A stretch of DNA of 60,294 bases, counting the filler, from an uncultured virus (IMG/VR IMGVR_UViG_2049941000_000903) (lineage: Duplodnaviria > Heunggongvirae > Uroviricota > Caudoviricetes). It is 14 parts of one record of this genome, joined end to end, with 100 filler letters (N's around TTAATTAATTAA, not from the genome) between each part and the next. Parts side by side here need not be neighbours in the genome. Positions count along the whole stretch, not along the records: positions 1 to 2,868 come from IMGVR_UViG_2049941000_000903; positions 2,969 to 5,090 come from IMGVR_UViG_2049941000_000903; positions 5,191 to 14,887 come from IMGVR_UViG_2049941000_000903; 11 more parts are not named here. One strand, 5' to 3'. This document shows positions 1-11,355 of this stretch, in pieces (position 1 is the stretch's first letter; every line of letters starts with the position of its first letter). Below the pieces are notes generated by a model. It was not told the origin of the DNA, ran no database searches, and saw nothing but the letters and a program-made list of their open reading frames with translations. A program made the position numbers and the translations under genes.

Positions 1-344
1 ATCCGTTATCTCCAAGATGTCCTCGAAATACAAGGGCGTGGTGAAAGGGGGACAATGGAGTGTCACATTGTACACCACCACATCGCCCATCTCGGCCAAG
101 TTCCTCGTATTCGTGCGATAACCGCACTTGTGCTCGGTGACAACCTTTTCGATAATGGGATTGCCGTTGCTATCCCTTACCATCCAACCATCGTTCATCG
201 CCACGATTGACAACTCCACGAGNNNNNNNNNNGCGCTGATAGGTCAGTGCGTTGGTGAAGGATGCAACCTGATTGGCGATAATCTCACCGATGGAAGCAC
301 CCGCCGAGGCCTGGATTTCGGCATAACCCACATCNNNNNNNNNN

Positions 345-515
345 TCCCTCGCTGTCCCTTACCATCCAACCATCGTTCATCGCCACGATTGACAACTCCA
401 CGAGGTCGTAGATAGGGTTGGCATCCGCATCCAAGACATACTTGCCGTCTTGCCCCTTGCGGGGACGGTAAACCTTGAAACGGAACGGAAACCTCGGATT
501 GTGCGGACTGTCCAT
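345..515 (-). CDS. Phage neck/head-closure protein, N-terminal part (continues in 1-222 and 4820-5023)
   Basis: Follows the head-tail connector; overlapping fragments reconstruct one ORF MDSPHNPRF...WFDEIRN. Confidence 0.5.
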
Positions 516-522
516 ACTTCTA

Positions 523-867
523 TCAATACAGCGACTTCATACGGATAACTCCCGACGGGTCAGGCACGTCAACGCCCCACTTCGCGTATAACATCTTCGC
601 AAGGGCTCTCAACCCACTGCGGTCATATACGTTCTTAGAGGAACGCTGACGCTGCCAACCACCGTCGGATTCGTAATCACCCGACGCGGAGGTGGAAGAT
701 GACGCAAGGAACATATAGAGGTCTGCCGTAGCCAAGTCCCTCTGCATCTCGGTCACGTTGGACATATCCTCGCCTTCCGCGATGCCACGGTCAAACAAAA
801 TGGCTTGTATGGTGGCCTCCTGTAAGTTGAAGTCGGCCTTGCCGTTCAAATACTGCTCTATCGTCAT
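523..867 (-). CDS. Head-tail connector/adaptor protein
   Basis: 114 aa directly after the capsid gene; ADLYMFL and SDGGW motifs; position. Confidence 0.6.
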   Translation of the reverse strand: MTIEQYLNGKADFNLQEATIQAILFDRGIAEGEDMSNVTEMQRDLATADLYMFLASSSTSASGDYESDGGWQRQRSSKNVYDRSGLRALAKMLYAKWGVDVPDPSGVIRMKSLY

Positions 868-903
868 AATCCTTTTACGCTATCGGTTACACGCACTCCT
901 CAA

Positions 904-2058
904 CTAAGAAGCATTGATGCCCGTGAGGTAGAACATAAGCCTCGGCTTGTCGGGAGCGACCACGGAAGTCATTTCGCCGGAGTAACTCTGGCACTTCTTC
1001 ACATAGTCAGTTCCGATGGTGAACGCGGCCTTGCGACCAAAGGCGAAGGCATAACGGCCACCCTCGAAGAGCATAGGCTCAACGGTCAGAATCTCACCGA
1101 TGTTGCCATCGGGTACGAGGACTACATTCGCGTCGGAGAAGGAGGAGAAGGTACGCTCGGCAAGGACACCGCCGTCGTTGTACTCCACGCTTGAGACGTG
1201 GTCTTTCTCCACGATAGGCTTGCCTACGAGAGCCTCAAGAGCCGCAATCTGCTCGTTGCGAGTGAAGGGCTTGAGAGAGCTGACGGTGTAGGTGGCATTG
1301 AGGGAGAAACGCTCCTTGATGTCGGCGATGACCTGAGTGTGGTTGAGAAGCCTGTCAATGACGAGGTTGTTCATCTCGAAATGGCAAGCGGTCAGACCCT
1401 TCTGACGGGCGGTTTCCACGAGGTCTTTCATATCCTGCACGGGGTCGGAACTTGCGACTGCGGCATAGGTGGTTGCGGCAAACCAACCGTTACCACTGTT
1501 GACGGCTTTCTTGTTCGCGGAAGGAACACGAGCCGAAAGGGTGAGGTTGATACCGTAAGGGTTGTTGGTAGCGTTGTAGATGACACCACCCGTGGAGACC
1601 ATCTGGTCACGCTGATAGGTCAGTGCGTTGGTGAAGGATGCAACCTGATTGGCGATGATTTCACCGATGGAAGCACCCGCCGAGGCCTGGATTTCGGCAT
1701 AACCCACATCACGCCTACGGATGAGTTTCTTGAGTGTACGGACTTTCGCCTCGTTGAGATACTCGACGGTTTTCATACGAGGAATCTTGCCCGTGCCGAG
1801 GCTCTGTCCCTTGCGTCCGAAAGGAACGGCGGGGGAATCATGGTCAACAACGGCGGCAAGAGGAGCGATGCCGACATAGTTCTCAACCTGCTCGAAGGTG
1901 AAGTCATCAAGGAGGTCATCGTTGAAGGTGAAACCTGCGATGTCAAGGTTGTTGTAATCTGCGAGGATGGCATCTACGAAGGGCTGGAGGCGAGCGAAGT
2001 CACCGCCAAGCGCATAGTACAGCGCATCGAAATGGGCTTCAGGAGAAAAAATATCCAT
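904..2058 (-). CDS. Major capsid protein (lambda E-like)
   Basis: 384 aa; GKIPRM, SDPVQD and VVLVPDGNIG motifs typical of Bacteroidota phage capsids; synteny. Confidence 0.8.
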   Translation of the reverse strand: MDIFSPEAHFDALYYALGGDFARLQPFVDAILADYNNLDIAGFTFNDDLLDDFTFEQVENYVGIAPLAAVVDHDSPAVPFGRKGQSLGTGKIPRMKTVEYLNEAKVRTLKKLIRRRDVGYAEIQASAGASIGEIIANQVASFTNALTYQRDQMVSTGGVIYNATNNPYGINLTLSARVPSANKKAVNSGNGWFAATTYAAVASSDPVQDMKDLVETARQKGLTACHFEMNNLVIDRLLNHTQVIADIKERFSLNATYTVSSLKPFTRNEQIAALEALVGKPIVEKDHVSSVEYNDGGVLAERTFSSFSDANVVLVPDGNIGEILTVEPMLFEGGRYAFAFGRKAAFTIGTDYVKKCQSYSGEMTSVVAPDKPRLMFYLTGINAS

Positions 2059-2079
2059 AGTGCTTTTCGTTTTTAAGGG

Positions 2080-2806
2080 TTAATAACGAACCTCCTGATA
2101 CACGTTCGGAACGGCGGCCTTCATAGCGGTGGCGCAAGCGGCGGCAGGAGTCCTCTTGATAAGGATGCCCTCACCGTGGAAGTTCACGAGAGCAACGGAA
2201 GCCTGAACATTGGCCATAGACTCGTTGTTGCCAACGGGGTCAATAGCGACATCGTTGTAGAGGTAGTATTCGGGCTTCACGGCGATGGACTTGGAAGAAC
2301 CCGCATCCGAGGAAGCCGAGTAGGTCAGCATATCGCCAGCGGCGACGACATCAATGCCACTTGTGGCAACGGTGATGACATAAGTGCCGGCCACGGTACC
2401 AGCGTCGATGTCGCTGGGCAACCAAGCCTTACCCGTAGCGGCGAAAGTAGCACCGACCTTCTGGAGAACATCGGTAGCCTTCGGAGCGAGACCGGGGATA
2501 GTGCCCTTCACGGTGATGAGGGAGTTGGTGGATGAAGTGGTGTAGGAGATGACCTCAAAGCCAAGGAGAGGCTTCGCGGTACGNNNNNNNNNNACCGTCG
2601 CTACCAAGTGCCATCGGAGTTCCGGCGGGGTAGAAAGCCCCTGCGTANNNNNNNNNNAAGTCCGGGGATAGTGCCCTTTACGGTGATGAGGGAGTTGGTG
2701 GAGGAAGTGGTGTAGGAGATGACCTCAAAGCCAAGGAGAGGCTTCGCGGTACGGCCATCGCTACCAAGTGCCATCGGAGTTCCGGCGGGGTAGAAAGCCC
2801 CTGCGT
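2080..2806 (-). CDS. Head decoration protein (gapped; N-terminus at 5191-5307)
   Basis: YPAGTP and YLYND motifs; lies between scaffold and capsid once scaffolds are joined through the SDYA/YAGAF overlap. Confidence 0.6.
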
Positions 2807-3228
2807 ANNNNNNNNNNGTGCACTCTCGTGGGTCTGTCGTTCATCACTTCATCCAACCCTATCCGTGCNNNNNNNNNNNNNNNNNNNNNNNNNNNNNNNN
2901 NNNNNNNNNNNNTTAATTAATTAANNNNNNNNNNNNNNNNNNNNNNNNNNNNNNNNNNNNNNNNNNNNATCGCAAGTGACTGAATAGGTACTATGACCAT
3001 CGACCAAGTAACGGGCATCCTCACGGGCATCCGTGGGCGCGNNNNNNNNNNNNNNNNNNNNNNNNNNNNNNNNNNNNNNNNNNNNNNNNNNNNNNNNNNN
3101 NNNNNNNNNNNNNTTCGGACGCGCTTTCACAAGGGAAATAGCAGACCCAAGTAACCCTCTCGCCTTCGAGACCGTCACCTTCTTGGATGTGTGGACAAAG
3201 GACTACTATGTGCAGTACNNNNNNNNNN

Positions 3229-3300
3229 ATGCACTCTCGTGGGTCTGTCGTTCATCACTTCATCCAACCCTATCCGTGCTTGCTTTGAAACTTGCTCCAT
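3229..3300 (-). CDS. Probable tail assembly chaperone, N-terminal fragment
   Basis: ATG at 3300 (MEQVSKQARIG...) immediately after the major tail gene; positional call only. Confidence 0.35.
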
Positions 3301-3371
3301 AATTCAAAAAACTAAAAAAGGGACGGGCGACTCAATCATCTCCCGCCCCTCGCGTTATCGTCAACCACTAA

Positions 3372-3992
3372 CTAACCAGTAATCTTCGAGCAGATAGCCC
3401 AGTCACCCTGGTTGCCCGTGGACTCGGTGTTGTTGAGGATAGTACCGTTGATTTTGAGGTACGCAGGGTTGGTGGAGTCATCGTTGGAAACACCAACGGT
3501 GATTTTCGCACGAGCGAAGGCGATGCCCTCAGTTCCTGCCTGATTCTCAATCATCATCGTGACATAGACCTCCTTCGGGGTGGCGAAGTAAGCCTGAGCG
3601 GTGTACTGAGTGCCATCCTGACCGAGAATCTTGTTGGAAGAGGTGACTGTTGCACCCTTGTCGAAGAAGATGTCGCAGTAAGCGACAGCAAGGACAGGGA
3701 TGTTGCCCGTGAAAGTCCACTCACCGTCCTCGGTAGAGGTATCAATGGTGGCATCCATCTGGTCAATCTTAATCTCGGTGGTGGTCGGGTCAGCCTTCGA
3801 GAGCTGGAAGGAGTCCTTCAAGGTGAAGAACTCATCAGCACCGTTGAAAGAAAGGTCTGCCCAACTTACGCCGTTGGTGGAATCGTAGGGCATCAGAGAC
3901 CAATGGCTCTGACCCTTGAACAGAGTTGCAAGGAGGGTTTTTGCCCAAGTCTTGCTACTGCCGGTGAAAAATCTTACGGATTGTGCTGCCAT
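3372..3992 (-). CDS. Major tail tube protein
   Basis: 206 aa, Thr/Ser/beta-rich, downstream of the tail terminator. Confidence 0.65.
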   Translation of the reverse strand: MAAQSVRFFTGSSKTWAKTLLATLFKGQSHWSLMPYDSTNGVSWADLSFNGADEFFTLKDSFQLSKADPTTTEIKIDQMDATIDTSTEDGEWTFTGNIPVLAVAYCDIFFDKGATVTSSNKILGQDGTQYTAQAYFATPKEVYVTMMIENQAGTEGIAFARAKITVGVSNDDSTNPAYLKINGTILNNTESTGNQGDWAICSKITG

Positions 3993-3994
3993 AA

Positions 3995-4381
3995 TTATCT
4001 ATTTTTTACAGTTACACTGAAAGTGATGATTCGTGCGTGGAAACCGTAGTCATCCGCGTAGTCGGGGAGTACGAAAGGATGTATGTCAATAACATAGTCC
4101 TCCGTTTCTGCGGGTACTGCCGCCATCAGGCGTTCGTGCATCAAGTCCAACTTCTCCGTGTTCTTGAAGGCTTGTAAGTCCTTGGCAAAGAGGTGTACGC
4201 CCATCTCGGTCTCACCGTAGGTAGCCATATCCTCCAACTTGCCCGTCATACGCACCACCGCAAAGTCATTCTGCGGAACGGAGGCTTTCGGTCTCGCATC
4301 ATACACGGTGGTAGTAACGCCACCGTCAATCACGAAGCCACGGAAAGCGGACTCAAGGTCTGATACACTGTAAAACTTCAT
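3995..4381 (-). CDS. Tail terminator/completion protein
   Basis: 128 aa; RP..., DFAVV and DDYGFH motifs; position before the tail tube. Confidence 0.6.
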   Translation of the reverse strand: MKFYSVSDLESAFRGFVIDGGVTTTVYDARPKASVPQNDFAVVRMTGKLEDMATYGETEMGVHLFAKDLQAFKNTEKLDLMHERLMAAVPAETEDYVIDIHPFVLPDYADDYGFHARIITFSVTVKNR

Positions 4382-4815
4382 ACTGCAAATGTTTTGAAAT
4401 ACTTGCTGAAGTCATCCGACTTGAGATCGCGGATACCCGCCCTCATCGGGATGAACTCATAAAGCGCATTGAAGTATGTAACCGGCTTGACGGTCGCAAG
4501 GACTATCCCGACATATCCTTCGGAAGAAGCCTTGCTCTTGACATAGGTAAGGGCATCGCTTGCGTTGCTACGGAGATCGGAGTCCGTCCCCCATAACTTG
4601 CGCTCCAACTCATTCCCGTTGTGGAGAAGAATCCAGCCGTAGCCATCTCCCTCATCCGCGTGACGGCGGTGTATGTTGTCGTGCTCCTGGAGGCAATACT
4701 CCACCCCTGCATCCAAGACGGCTTTCATTCCCGTCAGCATCGTCAACTCCGATGCGGAACGAAACCTCTCAAATGCCGAGGCAATCTTGTTGGCATTGTC
4801 CTCCAAGTAACCCAT
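4378..4815 (-). CDS. Neck/tail completion protein
   Basis: 145 aa, ATGA overlap with the next gene, synteny. Confidence 0.5.
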   Translation of the reverse strand: MGYLEDNANKIASAFERFRSASELTMLTGMKAVLDAGVEYCLQEHDNIHRRHADEGDGYGWILLHNGNELERKLWGTDSDLRSNASDALTYVKSKASSEGYVGIVLATVKPVTYFNALYEFIPMRAGIRDLKSDDFSKYFKTFAV

Positions 4816-4819
4816 ACGG

Positions 4820-5023
4820 CTAATTCCTTATCTCGTCAAACCAAATGTCAGTACCCCAGTTGAAGGTCGCCTTCTTGACCATCTTCGCACGGAAAGTCCT
4901 GTCGTAATCCGTTATCTCCAAGATGTCCTCGAAATACAAGGGCGTGGTGAAAGGCGGGCAGTGAAGTGTAATATTGTACACCACCACATCACCCATCTCG
5001 GCCAAGTTCCTCGTGTTCGTGCG
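4820..5023 (-). CDS. Head-closure protein, C-terminal part
   Basis: Near-identical to 1-120; continues the ORF starting at 515. Confidence 0.5.
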   Translation of the reverse strand, partial: RTNTRNLAEMGDVVVYNITLHCPPFTTPLYFEDILEITDYDRTFRAKMVKKATFNWGTDIWFDEIRN

Positions 5024-5190
5024 NNNNNNNNNNCGTAACGTTGTACACCACCACATCACCCATCTCGGCCAAGTTCCTCGTGTTCGTGCGNNNNNNNNNN
5101 NNNNNNNNNNNNNNNNNNNNNNNNNNNNNNNNNNTTAATTAATTAANNNNNNNNNNNNNNNNNNNNNNNNNNNNNNNNNNNNNNNNNNNN

Positions 5191-5307
5191 AGCGTAGTCC
5201 GAATCAAGGACTGCACCCACGGGAATCGGAGACACCACACCAAGCCAGACGGGAGTTTCGTTGCCCACCTGGACATTCTTGTTGAAATAAGCGTTGTAGG
5301 TACTCAT
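5191..5307 (-). CDS. Head decoration protein, N-terminus
   Basis: MSTYNAYF...SDYA, joins the 2806 fragment. Confidence 0.55.
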
Positions 5308-5325
5308 TTTCTAAGGGTTTTAGAA

Positions 5326-6089
5326 TTACTGTTTCTGGGTAGGAAGAACACCCTTTGCGCGGAGACGGTCAACTGCACCTTGGAACTCATTGGCGTTCGG
5401 CTTCTCGCCCCTTGGGAAGAGATTACCCATCGGAGGGACTGCGCCGTCACCGTGAATCATCTTGTAGTCGGCATCGTAAGAGCCACGATACTTCTCAATG
5501 AGACTCGCTTCCGTGTCACCCTCACCAACTGCGAACTGTCGCATAATGATGTTCGTGACCGCAGCATCGTCTCGTCCCGAAGCCTTGAGACCCTCCAATA
5601 CCTTCGCCCGCATCTCGTCCGTCTTGGCAAGCGCATCCTTGGCATCCAACCTCGCCTTGAGTGCCTTGTTGTCCTCCTGCATCTGCTTGAGAAGTTTGAG
5701 GACGGCATCATCAGCCGTTGGTGTCGGTGTAGGCTCTGGCTCACCACTCTTGGACGGGTGTTGCTCCTTGTACTCGTCAAAGGACTTCTGAAGGGTNNNN
5801 NNNNNNAGGGCTTGGGGTCGGGGTCTGGCTCGCTCTTGGACGGGTGTTGCTCCTTGTACTCGTCAAAGGACTTCTGAAGGGTGGAACGCTGACGGCGTTC
5901 GGCATCAGCCGACCTCTGGAGTTCTTCTGCGATAAGCGTCATCGTTGATGCTTCAGCGATAGCACCTTCAATTCCACTCTCGTCGGTGACGGTCTTTTCC
6001 AACGCGGAGGCAATCCGGTCAACAGCCTCGTTACTCAGCCCGAAACGCTGATATTTAGTTCTGAGTGCGTTAAAGATTTTTGTTTTCAT
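5326..6089 (-). CDS. Capsid scaffolding protein (internal gap)
   Basis: MKTKIFNALRTKY..GLS start, coiled coil, Pro-rich linker; upstream of decoration and capsid. Confidence 0.7.
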
Positions 6090-6121
6090 CTCGTTGTTAA
6101 AGAACTTGTTAAACATAAAAT

Positions 6122-6161
6122 GTCCATCCCGAAAGCGGCACTTGCCACCTCCGAAATGGAC
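6122..6161 (-). promoter_or_regulatory. 18-bp hairpin in the leader of the head operon
   Basis: Minus strand GTCCATTTCGGAGGTGGC-AAGT-GCCGCTTTCGGGATGGAC with G-U pairs. Confidence 0.6.
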
Positions 6162-6189
6162 TATTGCGTGACCTCGGTGGGTCTATTTG

Positions 6190-6369
6190 TTAGTCTGTCG
6201 CAGCCTGTTCACTGGCCTTTATGTCACTCAACTCCACCACACTTGACCGCTTGCACGAAGTGCAGAAAAGGGAGTATCGTAAAGTGCCTCGGAGTTCGAG
6301 AATCCTAACCTTCAGGAACTTCCCGCAGTTCGGGCAACAGACCCTGTAATATGTCGGCTTCTCTACCAT
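6190..6369 (-). CDS. 59-aa zinc-ribbon protein (Mu Com-like), absent from the ORF track
   Basis: Manual translation MVEKPTYYRVCCPNCGKFL...FCTSCKRSSVV; TATTTTTG promoter element upstream. Confidence 0.7.
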   Translation of the reverse strand: MVEKPTYYRVCCPNCGKFLKVRILELRGTLRYSLFCTSCKRSSVVELSDIKASEQAATD

Positions 6370-6462
6370 CTACCACGTCACTTTGCCCCAAAAATACAAT
6401 CTTTTTACAATAAAACACAACCAATGTACAACTTTATTGTAGAATTATTGTGAAATTCGCAA

Positions 6463-8501
6463 GTGATGAAGAGACAGACAGATGATAAGCAGTTCCTCGA
6501 CCCCGTATTCCTTCGGTACGGGCAGGAGGTCTATACCAATGATTTCGCACAAAGCATCCGTGAAGATGTACTCGAAAGAAAGAAGCAAGGTAAGCGTCTC
6601 GCCAATCTCATCCCACAAGAGGGTTTCCAAGAAACGGTGTGTACGCAAGATGCTGATTTACTTATAGTTGGAGGCCGTAAGGGGGGCGGGAAATCTTGGG
6701 TCGCGCTCTTTATGGCGATGCGAAATATGTTCAATCCCGATGTGGCACTCTATGCCTTCCGTAAGTACGAGGACGATGTTAGGCGCGGCCCGTGGAAGGA
6801 GGCCAAGAAAACATACCGAGGATTCGGCACGGCAAAGGATTCGCTCTACGAGTTCGCTTTCCTTGACGGCAAGGGTGCGACGATGAAGATGGAACACATC
6901 GCGGACTTGGGCAAGATTTCCGACCGTTTCCGTGGTGCTGAACTCGCATACATAGACCTTGAGGAGTTGCCCGAACACACACGAGAGAACTTGGATGTCA
7001 TCTTCGACTTCTTGGCGGTCAACCGTAACACCGCCGGGGTCAAGTCACAGATGGTCGCAACGTGCAACCCCGTTGGATGGAAGAACAAACTCCGCAAGTT
7101 CCTGGAGTGGTACATAGACCCCGAAACCGACACCATCATCCGTGAGCGTGACGGCAAGAAACGCTATATGTTCAAGTACGGACACGATGACTCCGAAATC
7201 GCGTGGGGAAACTCGTGGGAGGAGGTGTACGCGCACCCCAAGGCGAAGATGAAGATAGACTTGCTACTTATGGGGCGCGATGACTTGACTCCCGAAGATA
7301 TGATTATGACCGTGCAGTTCATCGAAGGCGATTACTCCGACAACAAGATTCTCCAAATCACGGACAAGCGGTACATCTCGCGCCTTGCATCGAAGGGTGA
7401 CGGCTCGGTGGTCAATGACCTCGCGGGCGTGTGGCGCGATATAGACGAAGGTACGGGATTGCTCACGGGGCAAGACATCAACAAGTTCTTCAAGAACACC
7501 GAGCAACGCGGGGACGGCATCAAACGCGCATCGTGCGATGTCGCCATCGTGGGGGACTTCTTCGTGATATGGGCGGCAGAGGGACGGCACATCTTCGATA
7601 TGTCCGCTTGGTTCGGCGAGATGTCCGATGCCGTCATCCCGTTCATCGAAGAGTTCCTCCGTAAGAACGGCATCAACAAGAANNNNNNNNNNAACCCCCG
7701 AACTCAAGAGTGGCGCGGACATATCCTCGCTCACCGTAAAGACCTTGATGCAGGACTCCTACCTCAAGGCTCTTGACGATGCGAAGGAGTACCAGGACTT
7801 CCTTGACACCATCGTCCGCATCTTCATCGAAGGGTACGGCACGGAAGCGGGACTGCTGCCGGAGTTCAAGGCACTCAACATCCGCATCGCCCTCCAGCCG
7901 TGGACATTTATGGCCGAGTCCGAGGTGGTCAACACCATCGTTCANNNNNNNNNNTATCTGGGCAGCCGAAGGGCGGCACATCTTCGATATGTCCGCGTGG
8001 TTCGGCGAGATGTCCGATGCGGTCATCCCGTTCATCGAAGAGTTCCTCCGTAAGAACGGCATCAACAAGAAGAACTTTACCTTCGATGCCAACGGTCTCG
8101 GCGTGTGGCTGTCCACATCCACCGCTTTCCGCAACTCAAAGCCGTTCAACAACAAGTCCGCACCCACCGACAACCGCTTGTGGAACAACCTCAAGTCCGA
8201 GAGTGCCGAGAAATGGGTCAAGGAGGTCAAGCAAGGTATGTGGTCTATTGACTCCGACCTCTTGGAAAGAAAGTTCACCGACAAGAAAGGACACACCTTC
8301 TCCCTTCGCCAAAGGCTTGACGAGGAAAGACTCGCACTCAAGCGCAAGGACGATACGGGGGCAAGGTTCGAGATAATTGACAAGAAACAGATGAAGCTCG
8401 AAGTGGGACACTCCCCCGACTTCGTGGAAGGACTCATAATGTTTATGCCACTCTTCGAGATTCACCAATCACCAATCCGAAAAGGTTTTAACATCTGGTA
8501 A
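6463..8501 (+). CDS. terL: Terminase large subunit (interrupted by assembly inserts 7683-7955)
   Basis: Walker A GGRKGGGKS, YIDLEE, TCNP; nuclease motifs CDVA, FDANGLG and GHSPD. Confidence 0.9.
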
Positions 8502-8506
8502 TAACT

Positions 8507-9981
8507 ATGCTTTCAATCAATCAAATCCTTACCAAAGAGCCGTTCGTGCGGATGGTTCCCGCCGACGTGCCCTCTCGCAAGGTGGAGTACGAGAAGGTAT
8601 CGCAAGCGGAGTTCTTGCGTGAGTACAACCCCTCCTCGCACAAGATAAACTCCATCAAGTATTACCCCAACCTCTTGTTCCTCGACCAATCCAAGCGCAA
8701 GCACGAGGCGAAAATCCGTTCTCGCGTGGCGGTGGCTTGGCAGAGGAGGATTCACACCAAGAGGCTCGTGGCTCTCACGGGGTACGACCCCGACATCACC
8801 TCCGCACGTTCCAAGTCCGATGAGGCATCACAGGCCAACCTCGCCAAGTTCAAGGAAGGATGGGCACTCAAGGGAATGGACACCACCGTTCACCTCGCCA
8901 TCCGTGATGACCTCAAGGTCGGAGATGTCGCCATCTGCGGCTACAAGTCCGAGGGACGCTTCGGAACACGCATCTTCTCCTACGCCAAGGGAGATACCCT
9001 CTATCCGCATTTCGACCCGATGACGGGCGAACTTGACACCTTCGGACGCGCTTTCACAAGGGAGATAGCAGACCCTCGTAACCCTCTCGCCTTCGAGACC
9101 GTCACCTTCCTTGATGTGTGGACAAAGGACTACTATGTACAGTACCGCAGTGCCGCACCGTGGGAGATAGAGGTCCTCAAGGGCGATGGTTGGGTGGTAT
9201 CCTCTCCGATGCGCCCTCACGCCTTCCCGTTCTGCCCCGTGGCATACCACCGCTACGGTGAGCCTTGTTGGGCGGGGTCGCAGTCCCTCATCGAAACCCA
9301 CGAACTCGCTATGTCGCAACTTGCGGAGAACAACGCACAGTACGCCCTCCGTATCCTCTACGCACTCGGTGCTGAGTTCGAGATGGAAGGCTCTACCGAC
9401 GGCACTCCGAATCAAATCAACTCCACCGACCCTAACGCGAAGGTGGGATTCTTGGAGCCAGCCGATTCAAGCGGTTCGTTCGAGGTGCAACTCAACAAAC
9501 TTGAGAAGGAGATTATGCGGTGTTCCTTCGCCGTGGAGACCCCCGAACTCAAGAGTGGCGCGGACATATCCTCGCTCACCGTAAAGACGCTGATGCAGGA
9601 CTCCTACCTCAAGGCTCTTGACGATGCGAAGGAGTATCAGGACTTCCTTGACACCATCGTCCGCATCTTCATCGAAGGGTACGGAACGGAAGCGGGACTG
9701 TTGCCGGAGTTCAAGGCACTCAACATCCGCATCACCCTTCAGCCGTGGACATTTATGGCCGAGTCCGAGGTGGTCAACACCATCGTTCAGCTTGTGTCCA
9801 TCGGTGTCCTCTCCAAGAAGTCCGCTACGGAGTATGTCTATGAGACGCTCGGTCTCGGAAGTCTTGACGAGGCGAAGCGGTTGCTTCAGCAGGAGCACGA
9901 TGAACTCGTTGGCGAAGCACAAGCCGAAGCCATCACCCTCACCGACCGTGGCAATCCCGTGAACACCGCACGGCAGACCAT
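8507..9981 (+). CDS. Portal protein (3' end in gap)
   Basis: About 490 aa directly after TerL; SPP1-like layout (LYPHFD, PVAYHR). Confidence 0.8.
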
Positions 9982-9992
9982 NNNNNNNNNNC

Positions 9993-10694
9993 ATAAGGAA
10001 GATACTCGTCATCACGCAAGAGTATTCGTTCCTTGGGGAAAGGTTCACCTTCGATGCAAGCAAGGACTTGTCAGACCAAGTGAACCAACTGCTCATCCAA
10101 CTCTCGGATGCGATGCTTGAGGAAGCCGATAGGAGGACGCTAAAGACAATAGACAATGACGATGACGATGACACCGTTCTCGCGTGGATACACCGTGAGT
10201 ACAACGGGGAATCCAATGAAGAAAGGATGGACAGACACGCAAGTGCGCTCAGGTTTCTCCTTGAGGGATACCTTGCCGTATCCTTCGCCAACAAACTCTC
10301 AAGAGCAGACATTCTCGGTGACGCTTTGAGATTCCTCTCCAACCCCTATGGATGGAAACCTATGCAAGACGCACGGCAACACCCCGAAAGGTGGGCAAGC
10401 GAAACCGTAAGGGAGGTTTTCAAGCCTGGGCGCGGCAACGCCGTCAATCCCATAGATGCGATGGCGAATATGATACAGTACGAGGTCTTGGATGGATACC
10501 ATCACGGCGTTCTCCTTGACTACGGGCGTGACTCGGACATCATAGGCTACAATGTACACCGTGGAAGCGGATTCGACTGCGAAACTTGCGACGAGGTGGT
10601 TGCCAACGGGCCTTATTCGCTTGACGAGCAAGTGCTCCCCGTCCATCCTCGCTGTATGTGTTACACCACTCCCGTCCGTGCATCGGAACTCTAA
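9993..10694 (+). CDS. MuF/SPP1 gp7-like minor head protein (5' end in gap)
   Basis: CETC...PVHPRCMC C-terminal motif; follows the portal. Confidence 0.8.
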   Translation: MRKILVITQEYSFLGERFTFDASKDLSDQVNQLLIQLSDAMLEEADRRTLKTIDNDDDDDTVLAWIHREYNGESNEERMDRHASALRFLLEGYLAVSFANKLSRADILGDALRFLSNPYGWKPMQDARQHPERWASETVREVFKPGRGNAVNPIDAMANMIQYEVLDGYHHGVLLDYGRDSDIIGYNVHRGSGFDCETCDEVVANGPYSLDEQVLPVHPRCMCYTTPVRASEL

Positions 10695-10708
10695 CCAACA
10701 CAAGATAT

Positions 10709-10957
10709 ATGGAACAGGCCAAATTCATTAAGAAACTTGCGGTGTGGGTGGCCGTAGTTGCCGCCGTCATCATCGCCATCATCGGACTTTGCTTCGGCAA
10801 GGTCATCGAAGGCAACTTGTTTGCCGAGGTCGCCAAATGGGTCGTAATGGGACTCGTTGTCATCGGCATCCTCGAAGGATTCATCCTTATGGGTGTCGGT
10901 GGCATCGTCTATCACTTCTGGTATGAGCGCAAGCATCCCCCGCTTGACCAGAACTGA
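10709..10957 (+). CDS. Small two-TM membrane protein (holin-like?)
   Basis: Two hydrophobic helices. Confidence 0.45.
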   Translation: MEQAKFIKKLAVWVAVVAAVIIAIIGLCFGKVIEGNLFAEVAKWVVMGLVVIGILEGFILMGVGGIVYHFWYERKHPPLDQN

Positions 10958-11162
10958 CGGACTCCTTCACGCGGAGACATCGGCACTCATAGCCATCGCG
11001 CTATCACTTGTGTTTGCTTGGTGGATTGCGGGACTCGCAACATTCGCCATCGGCATCATCAAGGAACTGTGGGACAAGGAACACGGAGGCGTGGCATCTT
11101 GGCACGACATCGGATGCGATGCGGCGGGAACACTACTCGGACTCTTCCTTGCGTGGATATGA
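10923..11162 (+). CDS. Small membrane protein (DGLLH...KELWD...D family)
   Basis: Motif pattern of VanZ/YfiM-like phage membrane proteins. Confidence 0.55.
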   Translation: MSASIPRLTRTDGLLHAETSALIAIALSLVFAWWIAGLATFAIGIIKELWDKEHGGVASWHDIGCDAAGTLLGLFLAWI

Positions 11163-11166
11163 AAGA

Positions 11167-11193
11167 AGGGCGTAACCATCACGGCTGCGCCCT
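11167..11193. terminator. Hairpin between convergent operons
   Basis: AAGGGCGTAACC-ATCAC-GGCTGCGCCCTT. Confidence 0.55.
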
Positions 11194-11223
11194 TTCCACA
11201 TCTTAACACATAAACACTAAACG

Positions 11224-11355
11224 TTATGACACTCGAAAGTCGAAGGTGATTTCCCACAAAAGCCAACCAAAGGTCAGGATTCGCAAGTCACGCCACCAAC
11301 CAATCGAAGGCAATATCTCTATGTACGCACGGTGCGTATTGGTTCTCCATTTCAT
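11224..11355 (-). CDS. Small hypothetical protein (allele at 13312-13458)
   Basis: ATGA overlap with the upstream gene; FGWLLW motif in both alleles. Confidence 0.5.
   Translation of the reverse strand: MKWRTNTHRAYIEILPSIGWWRDLRILTFGWLLWEITFDFRVS

Noticed and set aside
1198..2076. Long antisense ORFs (also 9467-10342 and 20338-21009)
   Set aside because: Shadows of codon-biased real genes
2969..3041. Short fragment repeated at 14525-14594
   Set aside because: Isolated gap-bounded variant of a gene start; too short to interpret
7693..8070. Near-duplicate gene segments (portal, terminase, also capsid and RNAP) suggesting DGR template/variable repeats
   Set aside because: Always bounded by 10-N gaps, differences are mostly synonymous and not adenine-specific, and no reverse transcriptase is seen; these are strain-variant assembly bubbles
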